The translations under genes and the position numbers were made by a program. Below, one piece after another: positions 12,001 through 25,284 of a stretch of DNA of 64,000 nt (position 1 is the first letter of the stretch; every line of letters begins with the position of its first letter). The DNA comes from Trichoplax sp. H2. Lineage: Eukaryota. The notes beneath the pieces are model-generated. The model searched no databases. It worked only from the letters and a program-made list of their open reading frames with translations, and was not told the DNA's origin. The stretch lies in assembly GCA_003344405.1 (NCBI GenBank), contig NOWV01000237.1:1-64000 (forward strand). The letters run 5' to 3'.

Positions 12001-15000
12001 ATGTGTTCTTTTTGGAAATCAATCATGCTTCTAATATTTTCGTGCGTATGTTTTCTTTCATTACTCTAAAGTAATCATTTAGAGATGATAGAATTGAATT
12101 CTAACAGATACGTAACTCTATTTAGAGATTTAGACATTATCACTTCTAGTTTAACATAAAAATAGATTAACGTATAAATAGTAACAAAGTTATTTATGTT
12201 CACATATGTCTGAAATATTATACGTAATGATATTGAAATTAGATTAAAGAAGGAAATTCCTACCAGTTCTTCGATCATTGCGCGTCGAGCTGATAATCGC
12301 TCTTCTAATACCATTCTCTGTCTAGCTACTTCTTCATTAAATATTTCCTCGTTAGCTCGAATATTTTCACTATGCTGCCTGACTAGTTTATCAGCGTAGT
12401 CGGAGTTTATGTTATATTCTGCGATTAAATCGTTTAGCGTAATTTGTAACAGTTCTTTCAGCTCCAGCTTCTTATGAACCGCACTTTCCTGTAACAAATT
12501 TATTATCTACTGTTAGAGAATATGCAATCCGTAACACACAAACGATAGTAGTATTTTATTTGTTATTATCAAGTATTACGGTATGATGTATTAGATATCG
12601 ACGATTTTTATATAATGATTTGGATTACTATATACCTGCAGCCAATCAAATACTATACAAATTATCAGAAGATATATCGATGTTAATACCTTATCCAATA
12701 ATTATAATTTTATACAGGTGATTATAAAATTAATTGTATTCTGCTTTTAGAGTCGAAACTTGATGCAATTTATAAGCTAGTTTCTTATTATTACATGGAG
12801 CTACAGCTAGATTAATGGCCAATAATCATTATCTTACTTTGCGCCTGTTCTCTTTAAGCTCTTCATTTTCTAAAGTAATTTCGTGCATTAAATCTTTCAT
12901 TTCCAAACGATGCTGATCTTCCATCATTTCTAATAAATTTTTCTGTTTCTATATTAGATTGAGATTAATTGAAGTACAGATTAGCTCTATTGTTGTCAAA
13001 AAGTACAAAGACAGATTATTTTTTACATAGAACGTTCTAATATTATAACATAAAGTGCTTCCTACACTATAAATATATATATATATTTATTATCAAAATA
13101 TTCAATTAAATAGCTGAGTAGGCTATTTACAACGTCTAATAAGAGGTTTGAGATAAATCCGATGGTACCTTTTGTGCCATAGATTTTACTCGCTCTCTAA
13201 CATCCTGACTTTGTCGAAGTTGCTCTTCTTCCAACTTTTTAATTCTTGCCTAATGTATCGATAATATACACGTATACTTCGTAAATAAATATTTCTTAAC
13301 TTAAAGTTTCAAATAATATCAAATTCTAGTCTAAAATCTGTACTTATTTTAAACTGACCTGATTCTTGAGATTTAGATCCTCGACAATGGAATTCATGTC
13401 TTTTATCGAATTTCTATATAAATCCCCTGAAACTTTATCCAAAGATTCATGGAAATCTTTGGAAATCTAGGCATATATTATTAAAAATTTTAATTATGAG
13501 TCCAGAGAATAGATTTCAAATATAATAGGTATCATTAAAATTCTATTAGACTGTGCTATCGCATTACAAACTCATACCTTTTTCTTGTCCTCGGGCCTGA
13601 TTTCACCATTTCTTTCTATGTCATCAATCAATTCCGTAAAACTTCCAACTAATAATTCCTCGTATTGTTGTTCCATTTCGGCGTCAAATTGCAATGATAT
13701 GGTTATATCAAGACTATAATTCAATAGCAGATAGAAATGAATGCCATCCAATGCAAGAAAAATATATATCGAAAAGTAAACATTTTATCTAGTTGATCAT
13801 TACATATCCAGTTCTAATTTTGCTTCTTTTTCGCTATGAATTCCAAGAATAGTAGAAATACTTTCCACAGGCGATATACTGTTAATAGTGATAGGAAGGT
13901 ATAATTAATTTGATGGATTTGTTATAATATATCAAGATCGTATTATCATTTGTGTGATAATCTTGTATTATTTCTTAAAACAGACTACTAATGAAGCTTG
14001 CCTTTTCATTTGATATAGTGTTGGAACTGGCTTAGCAGAATCTTGAGGTCTAATGGGGCTGCGATTGAATATCGTTGGCATTAAATTACGCACACCGCCG
14101 CCACTAGTTGTATCGTGATAATTGTCGTGCTGTTGTAAATTAAAAGTTTGGGAAGAACAAGTTTTTAGTTTATGTGCTTATGTGATTTTTTCTAACCTAC
14201 AAGTTGATTGGATAATTGAAACGAAGAATAAAGGCAATATGTAGGCAAGATTTAGATCAATATATATATACTAAACTTACTGCAAAAGATGAGGTGGTTG
14301 GCGAGACTCGATTTTTTTTCCGAATAATAATATTATCGTAATTTTTGTGATCTGTATAGACATATCCGAAACCCATAAAAACGACGATAAAGATACCGCC
14401 AATAACACCAAAAACTCCTGCTAGGATTGATTGTGTATTATTATACTAGAAATAGTAAAAGATTAGGATGATGAGATAAATTACGTAAATTTGAGCAATT
14501 TCTATTATAAAGTGATCCATATTGACTACTAACGATCGTTCGGGTATAATAGTCAAGGGATATGCAACCGCGGTTTTTCGCAGTATTTGCCGATGTAGAA
14601 GCACTGTTATGATTCTGAGATAAAATAATAAAGGCGAAGAAATGCATCAGCCATAATGAATTACTTTTAGCTAAGATATCAGTATTCTTTACTATATAGT
14701 ACAAATAGTACGAAATTATTAAGATTGATGCAATTACCGATGTCGTTGATGAATAAGGTATTGGGATGGAACTTGGTAAAGTGTTAAATTCGACTTTTGT
14801 GTCAGATGTAAAATTAGTTGGTGCAGACTATAGGAGTATAAACATATATATATTAACATTATTTAGAATTACCGTTGCTAATTGTCAGTCTTAACATATG
14901 CAATTGTAATGATATTTTAAAAATTTTTTTCTTTTCATGCCATTTTACAATAAAAGTTAACAAGAAGTTCACGTACATACAATACAGATAGCTTACCTGA

Positions 15001-17098
15001 GGTGTAGACTGAATTAAAGCTCGATAAGAGACGGTATAATTCATTCCAACTATGCATATAATAAGATATTTCAAAGCATGGAATGAGTGATAAAATAAGA
15101 CAGATATTCATAAAGGTTATTTTATCTTAGCATTATACTACTCCCCAAAAAAGGTAAACAAAATCTTATCGTAAGGAATAAAAACATTATATGAGCATCC
15201 TTTAGGATAAATTACGGATAAAACATGGTGAAATCATGATATTTCGATTTTACTTACAATTCAAAACTGGTATAGAAATGTTAGTTATTAAGAATCGTCC
15301 ACGCTGAATAACTGAAAAGTATGTAGTCGGTATCTGAGGAATAAATCCTGGACTAACCGATGTATCCAGTGTATCAAATATCGTCACATTATATGCCAAA
15401 GCTGTTGATGAAATTTTATGCGAAACAATAATTTTGAAATTGACAGAAGCTTGCAAATTGGTTTCTTCCGCCTATTTTACAAGAACAAATAATTAAAATG
15501 GAAACTACATATACCACCTAGTATAAGTTAGAAAGAAAAATGTCCATAACATGGAACAATCATTTTAGCGCTCATCATACCTTAGCCTCCTTCCAGACTT
15601 TTAAAATTGGTCGGACTAAATCTAGGATTATTGATTGATCAAAAGTTGCTCTATCTATGTTATTATAAGTTGGGCGAAACCAGAGATTGCAGCGTTCTCT
15701 GGGTACTGGAATGGCATTATACGGTGAAGTATGTAGAAAAAGAAACTGTATTGGGAAAAAAGAAAAAGCAATAGCGTTTATGGTAATAATATGAGGTAAT
15801 AGAAAAAGAGTTTTACAGCTACAGATAATGACAAATCATGATAATTAGCTAGTATGATGATAAGATTGCTAAATGACCGGTCGTGAGGCTAACCTCGAGA
15901 TCGACGGTAGTCATGGTAGAATTGGCATTTGGTGAAAATTCTACGTCTCCCATATTGATAAAAAATGAAGTTGTAGAGGTAGAATAATCGAGTGAATTAC
16001 TGAGGCCAGTTAATGTAAGTGATTGTTTATTGACGTTGGATGATAGATGATAGGTGACGGAGGGTTTTGGCGGAGCATAAAATTGAGTTAACGAAAGAGC
16101 AGGTACATTGTTTGGATTGATACCAATAGCGTCTGTAATAATAGCATAGATAATGTTACATTTCAAGATTGTGCAATACTCTTGACTGTCTGTACGAATT
16201 AAAACGCTGTTAATCAGGATATATTTGTTTAGATTGAGTTAATTATTTACCAACGACTTACCAATATTGAAGATAATGTGATTTCTGCCTCTAGGTAATT
16301 GAATTGGTACGACAACTTTAAGGGTTTCGCCTTCAGTCAGGTTATTTAGAAGGGTAGCAGGCCAGTTTAAAGTTGGATAAGTTATTGGGTTTTGAATTGT
16401 AATTCCAGCCATTCTAATACTGGTAGTATTTGATATTGTTTTCATATTACCGTCTAGTTTAATCAGGGGAGAAAAATTACGAATTTAAAATCATATAGCG
16501 TATTCTTATCTATTCTTAATTGATATTCATTTATCTCTCATTTTCTAGTTATCATCAAAGCGCTTTCAACAAGTAACATATTTATTTTTTCATATTTTAT
16601 TGGCAAAATGAGAAGAAAAAAACATCGGTACAGTGGCTTACCGTCGTCAGTGTAATTAGCTGAGACTGTAAAATAAATATATCGTCGTTGTTTGACATTA
16701 TTATCCACGGTGAAATCTGCTTCAAATTGAATATCGAATTTAGCGTTTAAAAATTCAACAACAGCTCCGTCGTAAAAAGTTTGTGATGCTAATGTTGTAT
16801 AGTTGTCAGTAGGAGATTCAGCATAAGAATAAGAGCTGGGCAAGCGATTTTGCATACCACTGATAGAACCATAAAGCGTGACATTACTTGTACTCGTTGG
16901 GCTTATAAATTTATTGGTTAAGTTATAAATCAATGTTAACTTTGAACCCACAGTAGGAATAGGATCATTGGATTTAATAGCCAATATTAAGTGAAAGGGT
17001 TGACCAGTGGTATTGTCGTTATCCGCATTCACAAGACTCCAATTACAAATACTAACCAGGAGTAAAAAATAAACTAAGTTACCACCATCAATGGCCAT
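6050..17098 (-). CDS. EVC2: Large multi-exon type-I membrane protein with long cytoplasmic coiled coil; EVC2/limbin-like
   Basis: Signal peptide (MAIDGGNLVYFLLLVSICNWSLVNA), then a roughly 500-aa S/T/N-rich beta-type ectodomain containing VLN-VGMNYTVSYRALIQ, similar to vertebrate EVC2 LQVGDAFAVSYAATLQ as I recall it. One TM helix (ILAGVFGVIGGIFIVVFMGFGYVY, ~14350-14425). Many E/K/Q/R-rich exons follow (e.g. EEVARQRMVLEERLSARRAM). Last exons ~6334-6477 and 6050-6207. Gene existence is firm; the family call rests on remembered similarity. Confidence 0.62.
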
Positions 17099-17473
17099 TT
17101 TATCAAGGTGACGGCTAGGCCCTTGAATTTTTATTCAATTGCAAGAAGAAAAAGAACAGCAGTAAATTAGAGACAGTATAAGAACCAAATCCAAATAGAA
17201 ACTAGGCCGTCGTTTCAATTAGATCAACGAGCCTTATTTCGAAGTTAAAAGAGATTGAATTTTTTCCTCTTCTCCTCCAATGTTTGAAGTTATGAATGAC
17301 AAAACAAAAGGTAATCAATTTCTTGTATAGGGTTGCGTTAGTGTAGGGGGTCCTATTTAGAATAGCGAAAAAAATATACTAGTAGAATTAGCAAAGCTTA
17401 CAGTAGTATATGGATGTGGCTGGCCATCGTGACTGACAAGTAGCGCATTTTGGATACAGTGCTGATTGAAAGT

Positions 17474-17487
17474 GTTGCTATAGTAAC
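17474..17487. promoter_or_regulatory. RFX X-box (GTTGCT AT AGTAAC) upstream of the EVC2-like gene
   Basis: Matches the 14-bp imperfect palindrome GTNRCY-AT-RGYAAC. It lies just upstream of a probable non-coding first exon (minus-strand donor GTAAGC at 17401-17396). Confidence 0.65.
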
Positions 17488-20400
17488 CAATGATCTACGC
17501 TCTTGTCGACGTCACTATGGGTGGAAAACGATCTAAAAATAAGTTGACTTCTGTGATGTAGACGTCTTGCCGGTAGATCGTGGTACCGTATGCTATGTGG
17601 TACTGGAAAGATGGACGTACGGTCAAGAGGGCTCTCACATGGTGCTTACTGTAAGTAGCTTCTTCTTGCTCAAGTTGGACATTAGTTCTGCCAATATTCT
17701 TATGACTTTAGTACGAGAGAGTGCCTGGAAAATAGGAAGGCAGCAAGTGGAAGCTTGCCCCTATCCTATTTTGTATTAGAGTTCGAAGAAGAATATCATC
17801 GGTATAGTCATTTAAACAAACGTAATATTCTCAATAGAAGTTCAGCACTAGAAATGCTCGATTGTCATACTAGTACCCTTTATCGATCAGCAAGCACTAG
17901 GAAATAGGCACTGTCGCTTTGCCATGCTAGAGAGTAGTCTACTATATCATACGGTAGTCCAAGCTTAATGGATACCAGCGAATTTTCAATATGGCACCGC
18001 CGATATGGCCATGACGTAGTTGTGTACAGTTTTATTTTTAGACTGGGCGGAGGCATAAATAAATCATTTAAAAGGAGGGCTATAGACAATACCGTTGTAG
18101 TCTATGAAAGTTATTGATCATTGTATGGATGGAATGAACAAATAGACACAATGTTGTTCATATTCTATAAGCGGCAAAACTGCATTTGTACTTAGAGCAA
18201 TTCTAGCCAGGCTTGGCAAATTTCGAAATAGGACCGTTCAAAATGAAATAATGACTGGTACTACCGTGATGTACTATATATTAGGCCCAACCAGTATGGA
18301 TACTGACAACGTTGATACTTTGCGTAAATAGCTTCAACTTCGCAATGTATCAGAATGGATAGCATTTATATTGGCTGGGCCTAACCTAACTTGCATGCTG
18401 TGTTTGGCAATGGTATTCCGATTACGAATGCCTTGTATAGGATAGGAGTATGGCAGGATATAGAGTAGTAGGACAGCCTAGGCCTACAGCAATATCTGTA
18501 CTCCGGCATTTTTGGTATTAAGGAGACGTCAGACTTGTAACTTGAAATGAATTCTGCGGTATCTTACTCAATTAGCATTAAATTGGTATACGAGTGTGTA
18601 TTGAAATACTATACGTATATTTTAGCACAGTAAAGCACGCATGGACACTAAGTATTACAAGCAGGGTAGTAGACTAGTATCAATTAAATACATAGAATAT
18701 CAATCTACGTCAGGACATTAACTTAAATTATCCTAATTCGTTTTGCCATGGTTATTTGATTAGCAAAGAGACGCACTGTCAAGTATTGCAATACAGTATA
18801 GGGCAGTAAAACGCCTACGATTAGATTTAAATAGTTTATACCGCGGAGATTATTCCTTGGCTAATTTTCACTGAACAGCTTAGGATCGCAAAGGTTACTA
18901 CTTCAAGAGACTGCTGATTCATAGCTTGTCGTGAACGTATATCAATGAAGTGATTACATTGCTGTATATAGTAGTATTAACTCTACCGAATAGATTCTAT
19001 CATCATGGCGTTATGATGTACTAAAAATGTAATTCACAGCTTATTATGAACGTGTATTGATACAATGATCACATTAGCGAGTTTAAGACCAACACAACGT
19101 ACATCGTCGACAAATACTTGTAACTATTCGCCGTCCACTTATCTTAATAGTAGCATTAACTCTACCCGACAGAATTGCATCATCTACTGTATGTGTTACC
19201 CTGTACAAAAAAATTAATATTTTGTGACTGTATTAATTAACTCTATGAATGGATTTTCATCATAAATATGCTACGTTGAGCTATAAACCGGACAAAATTA
19301 CGGTGCCCATGACTATACCGTCAGTAATGCAGTAATACGCAGAAATGGGTTGCATGATGGTATTTCATCCATACGTTCTTTACTTATCTACTTATAGACA
19401 GTATTAATCTTGGTAGATTCAGCTATTCTTTGAATTAGAGCATTATGAAATTAAACGCTATATTGCAGTACTGGTATATAACGTTCAAATATTAAATAAA
19501 ACAGAGATTCACAAATACGATAAATTTATATACGATCGTATTGTCTTTGTAACTGCGTACTTAATTAGGGCTCGCTCGCCATAGTATTTTAAAAATTTAC
19601 TGTATTGTCGTTAGTCTACTCTCAAGCTTAAAAAGCAATATTCCTATTTCCGCTTATCCGGTAATGCACTTGACGTCTTTATTCGAGAAAATGGCTTATG
19701 CATGGCTTCCTGCTAGATATATCATGTATTTACTTAATGATCTATACTATGTCTTACATATACCTAGACAGGGTAATGAAGTTGAAATGCAGTCATCGTT
19801 GTAGAACTGGCGTCTACTAACCATTAATAATCTCTGGTCTTAAGAAGTCACTTTAACTACTAATAGTAAATATGACCATTCGTTGCTATCTTATAAATCA
19901 TGCAGGAGTCTTGCTGGATGACAGTCTTTCATACTTGCCAGTGCAGTATGTAACGGTTATGGTTTCAATGATTGATCTAGCCGGTCGGCAATCATTCCAA
20001 AATTTTATTCAAAAACAATACAGTGCCGGCAAATAATTATAAGAGTTTATCGACATAAGTTCAATATATATTAAATGAACAGTTAATCATTAGATATATT
20101 AACCACCTCATATCAAAAGCTTCAAATATAACTAAGCTAACTTCAATAAATTCATTATGTAATTTTACCAGTTACAGCCAGCAATATTCTAGAGGCTTGC
20201 GCTGCGCGACAGCTAAGCCCAAACAATTTGCAACATACAGTACACTTAAGCTAGAACTGAAGCATTGGTATTAGTTAAATCGTCTACTGAACTTGCGCTA
20301 CCCCTTTGCTAGTTCAATGTTTCCAAACACGAATTGATAAAAAACAGTCGAAATTGGACAGTTACATGACCGTAATTAACATTTAGATTTTATACGAGTA

Positions 20401-20570
20401 TTGAAACAGGAAAGAAAGTGCAATATCTGAACAATTAATTCAGAACGCTTAAAAAGATGATATGACATTGGATAGAGTGCATAACATCGAGTTTTATGAT
20501 TCTATTAATGAACGATATCTTAAATCAATGCATTTTAATTAATTAGTATGTTTAAGTAGTACCATTTTCA

Positions 20571-23500
20571 CTATTTCGCTTGCGGCCTAGGACCAACGCC
20601 GCCAGCAAAATCATATACTTTGTTTGCTACCGCATATGCTAATTCATCAGTCAGACTTCGAGTTTCCGCTTCTGCATAAACTCTAACGACATCTTCAGTT
20701 CCCGATGGTCTAAGTATACAAAGATATATCCATGATTTCCATCAGCACAATTATTATGTTATCAATCATTCACGAAAATATGCAGTTTGGAAGATTTCTT
20801 TAAAGTAAGGAAACTATAGTGTATCTGGCTATAATCGTCATAGATAAACAAAAAAAGTGTTTAAATATTGCGTTTACTTGCGTAAGCCAATTGACTCAGC
20901 GCATACCTTACAAATGATCTACCGGCCTTAACTGCTGAGACTAGCTTGTTTATTTCTTCTTGTAGACCTTCAGGTGAGGTGGTTTCTGTTTCCGCTTTGA
21001 TCGTTTTTATAACCGTGCGATCTTTAACCTACGGACAAATTATTTTATTTACTTACAAACGAAAAAAATTGAGAACCGAGGTTTAAATTGCTTTCGCGAT
21101 CATTAATATTTACAATTTCACAACTACCAAATAATATTTATTTATTAAATCTGGTACTCAATGCTTTGTAATAATCGGATAAAAATTACTGTAATTCGCG
21201 TATATACGACCAACCTTGACTTTTAATTGTCGGTTCGGTAGATCAGAGTACATGCTGTTCCAATCATTTAAATTGTATCCTTTTCTGTTAAGTATTGTTT
21301 CAATTACTAAAAAGTCAGAAATGGCATCCCCAACGGTCTAGTGTAACGAAAAATTTAGTGTTTTAGTTGAAATTTTCTTCTACAAAGGAAGCAATTGCCA
21401 TTATATTTAGGAAATTATAGTACATTTTACCTCGTTAACTAAATTGATAAAGTCTAGCAATTCCGACATTTCTTTAGATCTAATATGTGATAATAAAGCG
21501 TACTTCAATAACACTATTGCATTATAGTATAATTGTCCAATCCAGTTTGAAACTTACTTTACACTTTTTATTTTCTCTACAGCTACATCACTGAAGATTA
21601 CCTAATAAATTTAAATGCTTTATTTTAAAACGTAATTCTACATACTGCAATAAATTAATACAATTGTCATACAGTTCCGTGGCCATTTGCTTCAAAATAA
21701 ACGCCAATGTCATACTCTAAGGCTTTATGATGTAAGTGTTTTACGCCAGTCTTTACACAAGATACGGGAACGTCCTATTCCAGTTTAAAAAATTATATGT
21801 AGTCAGAAAATGGAATAATGCCTATGCTATTAGATATTAGATCTGATTACAAACCACTGATTTTTGAAGATATTCCGTGGATCTTCCATTTGCATAAGCC
21901 GTTTGAATGACGCCTATTAATATTAAAATATGTACAGTATAGAGATTTGTACACACGTGAATATGGCATCGATGGAACTACTACTATTGCAAATTACCTA
22001 CCAAGGTTTAGTTTCAGGTTGGCTTTCGAAAGTAAATCTTTAATAAAACTAGCAATCTACAGAAGAACACCACTATTAATTTCAAGCAGTAAGGCAAAAC
22101 AAGTGATAATTAATTTAAGGCTTTATTGATTGTTACCAATGTCGACATTTTATCTCCATCCAACAGTTTAAATTCATTATCTACAATATAGAAGGCATTA
22201 GTACAAAATGGCCCTTACGTATGTAAACGGTATTAGCTGTGTTTGAAGGTGTTGAAATCTACTCACCTTTACCAATGTAAAAATATAAGATTCTATCTGC
22301 ATCACCATCAAAACTGACACATTTTTCGTGCGGTTGGACACGTATACCTGCATGTATTAAATTCGATGGGATAACATCACTATACGTGTAGATCTTATAT
22401 TGTGCAAGACATTCTATACTGACCCTCAGGGAGACATTGATTAATTTTTACGTAGTCAGCTCCACACTGTTGTATGCGATATTAAGTTGATTAGTAGTCA
22501 TATTTAAGTTGGAGATTGAATATATTGCTGCAAATTAATTGCAAGGTATTAAATTACCTTGTCATTTAATTTTCCACTAGTACCGTCATTGAAAACAGAT
22601 ATATTTACACTGTTGCCGAGGTATTTTTGCAATTGCTTGATTTTGTCAGCTCCGACACCATTCGCTCCGTCTACTTTGACACCTAATTTTGCTTGATCGC
22701 CGATCTTTAAAAAAGATATATTAATATTGAAAATGTTGATTGTTTATTACACTGAGACGGTGATAGAAAAAAATTTTAAATAGTGACTCACTTGTAACTT
22801 TAAGAATGCATTTGATAGCTTTCTATAATACCCCTCTTCGGTCGGTTCACCGTATTGCCCATTGGTGTTAATGCAGCGTACAATATAATGTAGCTGAGGG
22901 GTAGATAAAATTCCTATATTTGATAGATATATATCGTTATGAATCTCTAGAGACCCAGTAGATATCGATTTACGTCATCCATATAATAACAGTGTAACTT
23001 ATTGAATAATACTGACCATAGTCTTGATAATCCTTCTGTATGCATTTTGCACCTTCAATTACAGCTTCTGCTAACTTTAATCCACTTGGTCTGGAAAAAT
23101 AAATGCAATTCGAATATTAGTTACGAAGTAGTGGCAATAATGGAATCTCCGCAAAATTGACAAGTAAAGCAGAATAGGGAGAGTTACATCGTAGCTTCTA
23201 TTTCGAGAATAATTTGGAGCATTTTTTACCTAGTGTCTCTAGCTAGGCAAACACATGACTTTGCATTTAAATCTAATCCAGTCTCTTTCACGATGGCTTC
23301 TAATGCTGATCCTAAATCTTCAGCCCTACAGATTATTAAATAGAATAAGACGAAAAAGCTATAACATTACCCTTGAAGTTATGTTTTTGAATCGTTTTTT
23401 ACTGTATACGATATTTTTGTTAATTTAGTGCAACGGCTTTTATTTCAGATCATTCGTTGTAACAATAGAATCTGTACCTGCAATTTGCTAGTGAAGTAGC

Positions 23501-24968
23501 GTAACTTTCCCATGAGTCCTTCAGCATTTCTCCCATTGGATCGATCAATTTAACACCATTATCCTTCAGGAAAGAGAATTTCGCGATTATAGGGCTTTAT
23601 ATCGTATATTATTTACTTGCAATGTATTGTTTCATAGTCATGCCCTTCATTACCTCAACCGGATTATGAGACGCTGTAATCATGACACCAATGGAAGCTA
23701 AAAGTTTAAGATAGATTACGAAAGTTATCTATATGTATACTGCAGTTATGAGATATCCTGCACATTGATCTGAAATGATATCTTAACGTCCAAATTTGAT
23801 TACAAAATTATACCGAGTTGTTGAGTTAAATCTAGGGCATTGAAATATTATACTGAAACGATACCTGAATTCTGATAGCGCTAGAAATGAGTTCATTTAG
23901 TTTAGAAGTATACAGATACTATTACCTTGCGTAGCCTTTGAACGTAATGCTGCCAATAAACCCATACGAAACATAACTGGTTCTAGAAGGTCAGCCCTAT
24001 AAACAGTATCACCAGCGATTAATTGAGAACGCTTTTGATAATGTATATCTACGGGTCTATTTTAATATTCATTGATAGCAGGATAAATTATAGGATTGAT
24101 AATGATTAGCATAGCTAATCAACATGGTACTTATGGTCATGCATGTTATTGCTCGATCTTGATAGTACCATTTACACATCTATTGATTGTTTGTAAAGAT
24201 GCTTATTTCTTTTCTCATTGGTCTCAAGATCGCGCAATAATGAAGTGTGGCAACATTGCATATCAAGTCATTGCATTTTGTGGATATACATTATCGTATC
24301 CTAACTTGAGTAGGTAAAATTGATATCAATGTTACAGTAGAAATTGGGTATAGTTAATGTCAATAAGTATTCATGAGATATGTATGAGATAATGCGACTT
24401 AAAGATAATTATATAATTCTATCTTACTGTAGACTCTATCGTTGCAGCGTATTAATAATACTGCATAATGTCCACTCAAATATTGTACCAATAGTACGTT
24501 AAGCGGTGTTTCCGATACCTGATTGAACAATATCAATGAATTATAAGTATCTATCTAGGTTCATTACGGCCATCCATTAGTCTCATTTTATCTCAACAAT
24601 CAATAATATCAAAACATCTTCGCTTGAGTCCAAGCACAAAACCTTAATCTAAAGTGAAGTTGTCAAATAAATTGAATCATCCATAAAGATACTAGTTTCC
24701 CAGGTAGCCTAATACAGACTGGAGTGGCTGAAAATAGCTACATATCATAGTGGATAGACTGCATAGACCAGTGAAATTGTTGGTATAAAATTGACAATTT
24801 TCAATGTTGACACTGGTTATTTTAGTTCATTAACGCCCTACCCATTACTACCCATCTAAGTATACATACATACTTTGTACGAAATCCAGCAGTTCCATAG
24901 GTGAATTTAACCGCTGGTAATGGATATTGACTGGCTACAGATTGAAGGGTTTCAATATTGATCGACAT
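20571..24968 (-). CDS. PGM3: Phosphoacetylglucosamine mutase, multi-exon
   Basis: Diagnostic motifs in successive exons: YGTAGFR (~24875-24905), [10 protein letters not shown] (catalytic Ser, ~23660-23695), [56 protein letters not shown] and [15 protein letters not shown]. Ends [10 protein letters not shown]. Confidence 0.97.
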
Positions 24969-25110
24969 GATGGTTGGGATGGTGGCCAATACTACGTTGA
25001 ACGCTTTCCTTCTTGAATCCAATGGCAAATTCTCCTCTACTCCAGCAGCAAGCCAGTAGAAATATGAGAGACGAGTTGCAACAGCTGCAAGCAATCAATG
25101 GCCACGTCAG

Positions 25111-25284
25111 GTATGGTAATGTACCATGTAGGAGTAGAGGTATAGTAGCAGCGTATAGCAGGATATGCTGGCAATGATTGTTTGGAATAGAGTTTGCAGT
25201 GTCCGGTATCAGGTCTGTCCGTGCCGCGTATGGTAGTGTTCCATATAGGAGTAAAGGTATACTAAAAGCGTATGATAGCATATG
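25111..25284. repeat. Two diverged ~57-bp direct repeats upstream of PGM3
   Basis: GTATGGTAATGTACCATGTAGGAGTAGAGGTATAGTAGCAGCGTAT (~25111) versus GTATGGTAGTGTTCCATATAGGAGTAAAGGTATACTAAAAGCGTAT (~25228). Confidence 0.7.

Noticed and set aside
24952..25281. 109-aa minus-strand ORF with repeated LLLYGTLPY
   Set aside because: It reflects the two DNA direct repeats upstream of PGM3 and is out of frame with PGM3.
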